DNA from: Candidatus Eiseniibacteriota bacterium
Lineage (GTDB): Bacteria; Eisenbacteria; RBG-16-71-46; DASYSL01
Assembly (NCBI GenBank): GCA_046598045.1
Contig: JBKJJJ010000122.1
Span: forward strand, 1-22,528
Direction of reading: 5' to 3'
DNA length: 22,528 nt
Shown: piece by piece, positions 15,428-22,528 of the stretch
How positions within the stretch are numbered: the first letter of the stretch is position 1
How the letters are laid out: each line of letters begins with the position of its first letter
Notes under the pieces: generated by a model
Databases searched by the model: none
Told to the model about the DNA's origin: nothing
Seen by the model: the letters and a program-made list of their open reading frames with translations, nothing else
Position numbers and translations under genes: made by a program

Positions 15428-16480
15428 ATGTCCTTTCCCGGCCGCCGCGGTCGACCGTGGTCCTCCCGGCTGCGCGAAGTGCGGATCATCGTGCGCGCCT
15501 CGCTCGATCCTTGCCGTCCATTGCTCGTGCACATGATCCCGATGCGTCGCTGCAACCTGGCATGCTCCTACTGCAACGAGTACGACAAGCATTCCCCGCC
15601 TGTGCCGACGCAAGTGATGTTCGAACGAATCGATCGACTGGCTGCGCTGGGCACCGCGGTGGTCACGATCAGCGGCGGTGAGCCCCTGCTCCACCCCGAC
15701 CTCGAAACGCTGATTCGTCGCATCCACGACCGCGGCATGGTCGTGACCCTGATCACCAACGGCTTGCTTCTCAGCCTCGACCGGATTCATGCCCTCAACG
15801 CCGCGCGACTCGATCGCCTGCAGATCAGCATCGACAACCTGAAGCCGGATGCCGTGTCGAAGAAGAGCCTGATGGTGCTCGACCGCAAGCTGGTCCTGCT
15901 TGCGGAGCATGCCGAGTTCGACGTCAACATCAACTCCGTCGTTGGCGCCGGCACGGCCCAGCCGGAGGATGCCCTGGTCGTCGCGGGGCGCGCGCGCGAG
16001 CTCGGGTTCACCTCGACCATGGGCATCATCCACAACGGCCGTGGGCACCTGAAGCCCCTCGCGGCCCTGGATCGGGAAATCTACGATCGATTCCAGGTCC
16101 TCAACCGCTGGAGCATCACGCGATTCAATGGGTCCTTTCAGAACAACCTGGCGGCGGGCCGACCCAACGACTGGCTCTGCCGCGCCGGTTCCCGGTACTT
16201 CTATGTCTGCGAGGACGGCCTGGTGCACTATTGCTCCCAGCAGCGCGGCACGCCGGCCATCCCGCTCCTGGAGTACACGCTGGCGGACATTCGCAAGGCG
16301 TACTCGGAGAAGAAGGCGTGCGCGCCCTTCTGCACGATCGCGTGTGCCCATCAAGCCTCGTCGTTCGACCGCTGGCGCGGTGCTCAACGCATGCCCGCAC
16401 CCAAGCTTGCAGCGGCGCACCACCCCGCACCTGAGCCGGTTGCCCGGACGGCGAGGGCGCAGGAGCCGGCAGAGGTCTGA
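15428..16480 (+). CDS. Radical SAM protein with Cys-rich (SPASM/twitch-like) C-terminus
   Basis: CNLACSYC (CX3CX2C), ISGGEPLL, LITNG, LQISID; C-terminal CRAG..YVCEDGLVHYC..CAPFCTIAC. Start uncertain (ATG 15416 or 15428). Confidence 0.92.
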   Translation: MSFPGRRGRPWSSRLREVRIIVRASLDPCRPLLVHMIPMRRCNLACSYCNEYDKHSPPVPTQVMFERIDRLAALGTAVVTISGGEPLLHPDLETLIRRIHDRGMVVTLITNGLLLSLDRIHALNAARLDRLQISIDNLKPDAVSKKSLMVLDRKLVLLAEHAEFDVNINSVVGAGTAQPEDALVVAGRARELGFTSTMGIIHNGRGHLKPLAALDREIYDRFQVLNRWSITRFNGSFQNNLAAGRPNDWLCRAGSRYFYVCEDGLVHYCSQQRGTPAIPLLEYTLADIRKAYSEKKACAPFCTIACAHQASSFDRWRGAQRMPAPKLAAAHHPAPEPVARTARAQEPAEV

Positions 16481-16501
16481 ACGAACAGACGGAGATCCCC
16501 C

Positions 16502-17590
16502 ATGCGGCTCGTCTCGATTCCTTGCCTCGCATTGGCCTCGACGCTCTTGCTCTCCCCGGCGCGGGCGGCCTCGCCCGCTGCGCCGCCGCGCGAAGGCGAC
16601 TTCGAGCTGCGCGATTTCCAGTTTCGCTCCGGCGAGTCGATGCCCGCGCTGCGTGTCCACTACCTCACGCTCGGGCGACCCGCGCGCGATGCCAGGGGCG
16701 CGATCACGAACGGCGTCCTGATCCTGCATGGGACGGGCGGCTCGGGCCGACAGTTCCTGTCTCCCCAGTTCGCGAACGAGCTCTACGGCGCCGGGCAGCC
16801 GCTCGACACCACGCGCTACTACGTGATCCTGCCCGACGGCATCGGCCATGGCGGCTCGAGCAAGCCGAGTGACGGACTGCATGCGCGGTTCCCCCACTAC
16901 GACTACGACGACATGGTGACGGCGCAGTACCGGCTCGTGACCGGGCACCTGGGCGTGAAACACCTCCGTCTGGTCATGGGGACATCGATGGGCGGGATGC
17001 AGTCTTTCGTCTGGGGCGAGACCTACCCGGACTTCATGGACGCGCTCATGCCGCTGGCGTGCCTGCCGATCCAGATCGCGGGGAGGAACCGGATCTGGCG
17101 CACGATGGTGATCGACGCCATCGAGGGCGATCCCGACTGGAAGGGCGGCGATTATACCGCGGAGCCCGCGCGCGCGTTGCACACCGCGCTCGACCTGCTC
17201 CTGATCGCGGGGAGCGCGCCACTGCCGATGCAGCTGAGCATGGCGACGCGGGATTCCGCGGACCACTACTACGCGAACTACATGAAGACCCGCCTGCCGC
17301 CGCTCGACGCGAATGACCTGTTGTATCAGATCAGCGCGTCCCGCAATTACGATCCGTCGCCGGGGCTCGAGCGCATCATGGCCCCGCTCATGTTCGTGAA
17401 CTCGGGCGATGACTTCATCAATCCGCCCGAGCTCGGGGTCGCGGAGCGGGAGATCCAGCGCGTCAAGCGCGGTAAGTTCGTGCTCATCCCGGCGAGCGCG
17501 CAGACGCACGGGCACGGCACCCACACCTGGGCCGCACTGTGGAAACCGCACCTCGTGGAGCTGTTGGCCACGCCCGCTGATCGGCGCTAG
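16502..17590 (+). CDS. Exported alpha/beta hydrolase of the homoserine O-acetyltransferase-like family
   Basis: Signal peptide (..SPARA); [29 protein letters not shown] nucleophile, NSGDDFINP and THGHGTH. SD GGAG. Confidence 0.9.
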   Translation: MRLVSIPCLALASTLLLSPARAASPAAPPREGDFELRDFQFRSGESMPALRVHYLTLGRPARDARGAITNGVLILHGTGGSGRQFLSPQFANELYGAGQPLDTTRYYVILPDGIGHGGSSKPSDGLHARFPHYDYDDMVTAQYRLVTGHLGVKHLRLVMGTSMGGMQSFVWGETYPDFMDALMPLACLPIQIAGRNRIWRTMVIDAIEGDPDWKGGDYTAEPARALHTALDLLLIAGSAPLPMQLSMATRDSADHYYANYMKTRLPPLDANDLLYQISASRNYDPSPGLERIMAPLMFVNSGDDFINPPELGVAEREIQRVKRGKFVLIPASAQTHGHGTHTWAALWKPHLVELLATPADRR

Positions 17591-17600
17591 CCCCCAGGCC

Positions 17601-18089
17601 ATGACGCCCACGACCCTGTTCAAGCCGGACCCAGCGCTCGACCTCGTGTTCGAACGGGTGATCGACATCCCGCCCGCGCTCGTCTGGGCGGCGTGGACGA
17701 AGCCCGAGCACGTGGTCAACTGGTTCACGCCGGCGCCGTGGACGACCACGCACTGCGAGATCGACCTGCGCCCCGGGGGCGAGTTCAAGACCATCATGCG
17801 GTCGCCGGAAGGGCAGGAGTTCCCGAACATCGGCTGCTATCTCGAGGTTGTCCCGAACCAGCGCCTGGTGTGGACCGACGCGCTCCTCCCGGGGTACCGC
17901 CCGTCGCCGAATCCGTTCTTCAGCGCGATCATCACGCTGGAGCCGCACGGGACAGGGACCCGCTACGTCGCCACCGCAATTCACCGCGACGAGGCGGGAC
18001 GCAAGCGTCACGAGGAGATGGGATTCGAGACCGGCTGGGGCAAGGCGCTCGACCAGCTGGTGGCGTACATGAGGACGGTCCAGCCGTAG
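17601..18089 (+). CDS. SRPBCC/AHSA1 (START-like) family protein
   Basis: Start re-called at ATG 17601. [60 protein letters not shown]. Confidence 0.92.
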   Translation: MTPTTLFKPDPALDLVFERVIDIPPALVWAAWTKPEHVVNWFTPAPWTTTHCEIDLRPGGEFKTIMRSPEGQEFPNIGCYLEVVPNQRLVWTDALLPGYRPSPNPFFSAIITLEPHGTGTRYVATAIHRDEAGRKRHEEMGFETGWGKALDQLVAYMRTVQP

Positions 18090-18179
18090 CCGCAGGCTCA
18101 CCGGGTACGGAACCTTTGACCGCTCCCGGGCGTCAGCCAGCGCGTCCCGGGGATTGGGGCGCGCCGGCCTCCGCGAGGG

Positions 18180-18614
18180 TTACTTCGTGGCGGAGGGCTT
18201 CGTCGTGCTCGAGGAGCGCTTCTTGAGTTCCGCCCGTTCCTGCTGCAACTCCTTCTGCTCCGTGCGCACGCTCTCGTGCTGCATCGCGACGACGCTGCCG
18301 TCGATCGCGTTGACGTTGACCTCCTCGATTCCCGACTTGCCCGCCACCTTGATGGCGAACGAGTAGATCAGCTTGCCGCCCTCGCGCTCCAGTTCGGAAG
18401 ACTTGATGACGCCGCCTGGAACCCTTGCGAGCGCAGTCGCCCGGGCGGTCGCCATGCTGACCTTGGCCTCGGCGGCGAGCGCGGCTTGCGTATCGTGAGC
18501 CTTCGCGTGAGCCTTCATTCGGGACATCGCATGCCCCTGCGCCGGCGCGGCATTTCCGTTGACCGCGACTGTGGCGAGCAGAAGCGTTGCGATGAGCACT
18601 CTCGAGACCTTCAT
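18180..18614 (-). CDS. Secreted PepSY-domain protein
   Basis: Start re-called at ATG 18614 (SD GGGAGG). Signal peptide; AKVSMATARATALARVPGG.IKSSELEREGGKLIYSF.I..EVNVNAIDGSVV. Confidence 0.88.
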   Translation of the reverse strand: MKVSRVLIATLLLATVAVNGNAAPAQGHAMSRMKAHAKAHDTQAALAAEAKVSMATARATALARVPGGVIKSSELEREGGKLIYSFAIKVAGKSGIEEVNVNAIDGSVVAMQHESVRTEQKELQQERAELKKRSSSTTKPSATK

Positions 18615-18856
18615 GTTTTGCCTCCCAGGACAACGGGTGAGCGAACGTGGACTGCGACCTGCCGGATTCCCTGCGACCTCGCCGGTCTCGCGGACGGGCT
18701 CGAACCGAGTGAGGCATGCGTTCACTGTTGACTCGCAGACGTGCGAGCCCTAGTCAATTCCACGCTCACCTGTCCGCGGAGACACCCACGGTAGGGAACA
18801 GGAGTACGCCGTTTGGCTGCGGTTCATGAGCACGGGACATGGGGCCGGCCTTTTCA

Positions 18857-19669
18857 TCATGCGGGGCTGACCTCCGCCGGCACGGCGCGAGAGACGTCGC
18901 GCCGGGTGATCGCGAGGTAGATGACCAACGCGAGGATCGTGAGCAGGAATACGGCGCTCGTCACGACCGTGCCGAGCCCGAGGCCGCCGTCCGCGCGGTC
19001 CTGCGAAAGGTAGTCCCCGATCGACGCCCCGAGGGGACGCGTCAGGATGTAGGCGATCCAGAAGCTGAGAATGCCGTTCAGCTTGAATTGCCTGTGGGCC
19101 ACGACAACGGCGGCGATCATGCCGCCGAACATGAGGGCCGAGCGCAGGTAGCCAATGTGCATGCTCTCGGCGACGAGATCCCCTGCTGCGGTGCCCAGGG
19201 CAAAGGTGAAGAGGATGGCCGACCAGTAGAACGCCTCGCGCCGCGTCGTGAAGATCGTGTGCACAGAGAGGGTTTTCTCCTTCGCATACCAGACGCCGAA
19301 CGTCGCGGCCAACGTGACTGCGAAGACGACGGTGGTCGTCACCAGGGAGACCCCGAAGTGATCCGTCAGGTTGTCGGTGATCAGCGTCCCGACGACGCTC
19401 AGGAGGACGACCGCCAGCCAGTAGATCCCGGGACGATACTGCCGGAATCTGAACTGGAAGAACAAAACGGCGATCAGCAACCCGCCCATGAGGTAGGTCG
19501 TGTTGGTCAACCCCAGGTGCAGGTCCGCATTGAGAAAGTCAGCGAACGTTTCCCCGACCGTGGTGCACAGGATCTTGATGATCCAGAAGTAGAGCGTGAG
19601 CTCCGGAACCTTGTTCAGCATCCGGCGACCCACTCCGGGGAGTTCCTGTCCCGGCGGTTTCTCGTTCAT
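18857..19669 (-). CDS. COG4705 / DUF347-repeat membrane protein
   Basis: NKVPELTLYFWIIKILCTTVGET.AD, YWLAVV..VGT.ITD, RREAFYW.AIL.TFALGTAAGD, FWIAYILTRPLGASIGD..GGLGLG. Confidence 0.92.
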   Translation of the reverse strand: MNEKPPGQELPGVGRRMLNKVPELTLYFWIIKILCTTVGETFADFLNADLHLGLTNTTYLMGGLLIAVLFFQFRFRQYRPGIYWLAVVLLSVVGTLITDNLTDHFGVSLVTTTVVFAVTLAATFGVWYAKEKTLSVHTIFTTRREAFYWSAILFTFALGTAAGDLVAESMHIGYLRSALMFGGMIAAVVVAHRQFKLNGILSFWIAYILTRPLGASIGDYLSQDRADGGLGLGTVVTSAVFLLTILALVIYLAITRRDVSRAVPAEVSPA

Positions 19670-19721
19670 TGCAACCTCGTGTCAATCCGTGAACGGAGAC
19701 CGGGCGACCGGCCTGGTCCCG

Positions 19722-20279
19722 CTAGTGAACCTCGATTTCTCCGCAGCCCAGGCGCGCGCCGGCGTTTCCCGCCGGCTGCCCGCCGTCATCGGGCTTGGCA
19801 TGCACGATCACAGCCTTGCCGAGCACCGGATTGGTGCCACCGCTGAGCGAGATGTTCTTCACGGTGACCTCGTAGTGGGCATGGCCCTGCGCATCCGCGG
19901 TCAGGTTCCCGAGATCGCCGGCATGACGGGCCTCGGTTGGCGGAAGGCCATGCGGCTGATTCTGCGGGTTGTAGTGCCCACCGGCGCTCATCGCGTCCGG
20001 CGCGTCGCAGTTGCCGGTTTCGTGCACGTGGATCGCATGCTGGGCATTCGGAGTCAGCCCGTCCAGGTCGGCAACCACCTTGATACTGCCATCCGCCTGC
20101 GCGGCGAAGCGTACCCAACCATGCGCGGTGTTGCCCTTGGTCGGCTCGATCTTCGCCTCCAGGAGGTCCATCGACTTCTCGGTGGATGAATTCATCTCGG
20201 GCGAATGCGAGCATCCGGTCGCAAGGAACGGGATCATCAGCGAAGCGAGTATCAGACTCCGGGGACGAATGTGATTCAT
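19722..20279 (-). CDS. sodC: Cu/Zn superoxide dismutase, lipoprotein
   Basis: Start re-called at ATG 20279 (SD AAGGAGG). Lipobox-like ATGC; HAIHVHE, GNC, SAGGHYNP, PH, RHAGDLGNL, VIVHAKPDD, GNAGARLGCG. The expected Cu/Zn ligands and disulfide cysteines appear present. Confidence 0.95.
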   Translation of the reverse strand: MNHIRPRSLILASLMIPFLATGCSHSPEMNSSTEKSMDLLEAKIEPTKGNTAHGWVRFAAQADGSIKVVADLDGLTPNAQHAIHVHETGNCDAPDAMSAGGHYNPQNQPHGLPPTEARHAGDLGNLTADAQGHAHYEVTVKNISLSGGTNPVLGKAVIVHAKPDDGGQPAGNAGARLGCGEIEVH

Positions 20280-20372
20280 GGTGGTCCTCCTTGGCGGTTG
20301 CCGAGCACACCTCGACTCCCGGAGCATGCGCCCCGTTGCCCACCCGGGCAAGCAACCTGACCCGTGGGCGGT

Positions 20373-20390
20373 TGAACGAACCATGAACGA
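20373..20390 (-). promoter_or_regulatory. Direct repeat with 11-bp period upstream of sodC, candidate OmpR/PhoB-family box
   Basis: TGAACGA at 20373-20379 and 20384-20390 (minus strand TCGTTCA-tggt-TCGTTCA), about 95 bp upstream of the sodC start. Confidence 0.45.
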
Positions 20391-20568
20391 CGGCCCTGCT
20401 GCGCCCGCTCACGCAGACGCGCGGCGGGGTCGCCGCTGATTTGTGTTTGTAAGGGAATGCGGTAGTCGGGCGCGGCACGACCCGCTTGGCGTGGGAAAAA
20501 CGACTTCCCCCGACGGGGACAGCGCACTCGAGGTCGTGCGAAGCAAAATCGCAGGCCGCACCCGTCGA

Positions 20569-21111
20569 TCAGGCCGGAAGGCGATGCGCGGTGACGCCCC
20601 CGGACAGCACCTCACCCCCGAGCGTGAGGTAGAGCACACCGTCGGTGACCGAGAGCTCGAACGTCATGCGCCGCTCGAGGCGTGCGACCAGCGCGGCGAC
20701 CAGCGCCCGATCGAGCGCGTACAACTCGAGCGCCCCGGCGTTGTGGATCCGCTCCCCGGCGAGCGACGACCAGTAGCGCTCAGCGCCGTGGTGCGAGTAG
20801 ACGGCGACCCGGCGCGCAGCCTTGCTCGCGCGATGGAGCCTGGCGGCGTCGGGCGCTCCCACCTCGATCCACTCGAGGAGCCGGCCCGTCAGGTCGCGCA
20901 CTTCGAGCGCAGGCTCGTCGGGCTCGGCCAGGCCTCTCGAGAACGCGAGCCCCTCTCGCACCTCGAGGCAATAGGCGAGCACGCGCGCGCACAGGAATTC
21001 CTCGGTCTCCGAGGGGTGACGCGCGACGCGCAGGTCGAGGGCCTCGTAGACGCCGCGGTCGACGTGGGACAGCTGCACGCTGAAGACGTGAACGATCGAG
21101 CCAGCAGCCAA
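20569..21111 (-). CDS. yaeQ: YaeQ family protein
   Basis: QLSHVDRGVY..L.VARHPSET..RVLAYCL, FSRGL..DEPAL..DLTG..WIEVG.PD..RL..A. Start placed at TTG 21111 (MAAGSIV..) by analogy with the family N-terminus. Confidence 0.93.
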   Translation of the reverse strand: MAAGSIVHVFSVQLSHVDRGVYEALDLRVARHPSETEEFLCARVLAYCLEVREGLAFSRGLAEPDEPALEVRDLTGRLLEWIEVGAPDAARLHRASKAARRVAVYSHHGAERYWSSLAGERIHNAGALELYALDRALVAALVARLERRMTFELSVTDGVLYLTLGGEVLSGGVTAHRLPA

Positions 21112-21214
21112 CAGGCGCCTCGGGTTCGGTGGGAGCGGAAGGGTCGCAATTCTGGCATAGTTCGCGGGTGTCGCCCCATTGTCGTCCATCCCGCACCCGG
21201 AGTCGAGCCGCCCC

Positions 21215-22528
21215 ATGCCGCTGATCAGCCTCAACAGCGTAAGCCTCACCTTCTCCGGCCCCCCCCTGCTCGACTCGGTCAACGTGGTGTTCGAGGACGG
21301 CGAGCGCGTCGGACTCCTCGGGCGCAATGGGGCAGGCAAGTCCACGTTGCTCAAGATCCTCGAGGGCGTGACCACGCCGGATTCGGGCGACGTCGTGCGC
21401 CAGCCCGGCCTGCGCGTGGCGGGGCTGCCGCAGGAGGTCCCGCTCGAGCTCGCCGGCAGCGTAGGCGGCTACCTGCACGAGGCCACAGGCGCCGCGCGGA
21501 GCGACGCCGCGTGGGAGATCGAAGCCCGCATCGACCAGGCCGCGCGCGACCTGACGCTCGACCTCGGCGCGACGCTCGACACGCTGTCCGCCGGGTCCAA
21601 GCGCCGCGTGCTGCTCGCGGCCGCGCTCGTGCACGACCCCGATCTCCTGATCCTCGACGAGCCGACGAACCACCTCGACATCGAGGCGATCCAGCACCTC
21701 GAGGAGTCGCTCGCGCGCCGGCGCGGCGCGCTCGTGTTCGTCACCCACGACCGCGCGTTCCTGCGCAACCTGGCGACGCGCATTCTCGACCTCGATCGCG
21801 GCGCGATTCGCAGCTACGTCTCGAGCTATGACCGGTACCTCGAGAAGCGCGAGGACGAGCTGCGCGTCGAGGCCGAACAGGCGGCGCTGTTCGACAAGAA
21901 GCTCGCGCGCGAGGAGGCGTGGGTGCGCCAGGGCATCAAGGCGCGCCGCACGCGCAACGAGGGGCGGGTGCGTGCGCTCGAGGCGCTCCGGATCGAACGC
22001 GGCGCGCGCCGCGACGAGGTCGCGCGCGTCAAGGCCACGCTGCAGGAGGCGGACCGCTCCGGCAAGGTCGTGCTGCGCTGCGAGGACGTGGGCTTCGCCT
22101 ACGATGGCATCCCGATCGTCCGCGGCTATACCGGCAAGATCCTGCGCGGCGATCGCATCGGCATCCTCGGGCCGAACGGCTCCGGCAAGACCACGCTCAT
22201 CAAGCTGCTGCTCGGCGAACTCGCGCCGCGGGAGGGCAGCGTCGTTCCGGGGACAAAGCTCGAGGTTGCCCACTTCGAACAGCTGCACGACGTGCTCGAT
22301 GACACGAAGAACGTGTTCGACAACGTCGGCGACGGGCGCGACACCGTGACTGTCGGCGGCCTCGAGCGCCATGTCGTGGGCTACCTGCGCGACTTCCTGT
22401 TCACGCCCGAGCAGATCCAGGGCTCGATCAAGCGCCTCTCCGGCGGCGAGCGCAAGCGGCTCATGCTGGCGAAGGTCCTGTCGCGGCCGTGCAACCTGCT
22501 CGTGCTCGACGAGCCGACGAACGACCTC
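21215..22528 (+). CDS. uup: ABC-F family ATPase, Uup-like (partial, runs off the window end)
   Basis: Not in the ORF track because there is no stop in the window. Translated by hand from ATG 21215: MPLISL..GRNGAGKST..LLILDEPTNHLD..VTHDR..FDKKLAREEAWVRQGIKARRTRNEGRVRAL (Uup linker)..GPNGSGKTT..LSGGE..LLVLDEPTNDL. Confidence 0.93.
   Translation, partial: MPLISLNSVSLTFSGPPLLDSVNVVFEDGERVGLLGRNGAGKSTLLKILEGVTTPDSGDVVRQPGLRVAGLPQEVPLELAGSVGGYLHEATGAARSDAAWEIEARIDQAARDLTLDLGATLDTLSAGSKRRVLLAAALVHDPDLLILDEPTNHLDIEAIQHLEESLARRRGALVFVTHDRAFLRNLATRILDLDRGAIRSYVSSYDRYLEKREDELRVEAEQAALFDKKLAREEAWVRQGIKARRTRNEGRVRALEALRIERGARRDEVARVKATLQEADRSGKVVLRCEDVGFAYDGIPIVRGYTGKILRGDRIGILGPNGSGKTTLIKLLLGELAPREGSVVPGTKLEVAHFEQLHDVLDDTKNVFDNVGDGRDTVTVGGLERHVVGYLRDFLFTPEQIQGSIKRLSGGERKRLMLAKVLSRPCNLLVLDEPTNDL

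Noticed and set aside
16502..17590. Assigning the symbol metX
   Set aside because: A signal peptide and family-specific motifs point to the exported MetX-like subfamily, not a true homoserine acetyltransferase.
15260..17830. 856-aa minus-strand ORF
   Set aside because: Antisense shadow of the radical SAM, hydrolase and SRPBCC genes.
20443..22372. ORFs 20443-21831 (+) and 20780-22372 (-)
   Set aside because: Out-of-frame or antisense shadows of yaeQ and uup; the real uup frame starts at 21215 and is open to the window end.

Overview
GC-rich bacterial chromosomal segment with about 21 credible genes. I found no rRNA, tRNA, CRISPR array, transposase, integrase or phage gene. It is dominated by envelope and secreted functions: a 3'-truncated TonB-dependent receptor, a Cbp1-like coiled-coil protein, a cupredoxin lipoprotein, a CHRD protein, a multidomain extracellular endonuclease I with a FlgD-Ig tail, a Cys-rich repeat protein, two exported alpha/beta hydrolases, a monoheme cytochrome c, a CAP protein, a PepSY protein, a DUF347 membrane protein and Cu/Zn-SOD. 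Cytoplasmic genes are NmrA, LOG, an XRE regulator, a radical SAM enzyme, SRPBCC, YaeQ and a partial Uup. The FlgD-Ig tail and the SWGRIxxLY tail suggest an FCB-related candidate phylum such as Ca. Eisenbacteria (inference). Most notable: (i) bases 1-83 are an inverted, synonymously diverged copy of 171-253 that truncates the TonB receptor; (ii) the TonB gene leader has a terminator/antiterminator/SD-sequestering architecture matching no riboswitch I recognise; (iii) a candidate short C-terminal sorting signal sits where PEP-CTERM often does on CHRD proteins; (iv) an XRE plus two micro-membrane-protein operon has a clear double operator; (v) the cupredoxin has Glu in place of the axial Met; (vi) Uup has a shortened arm. 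All family calls come from motif recognition by eye, not from database searches.
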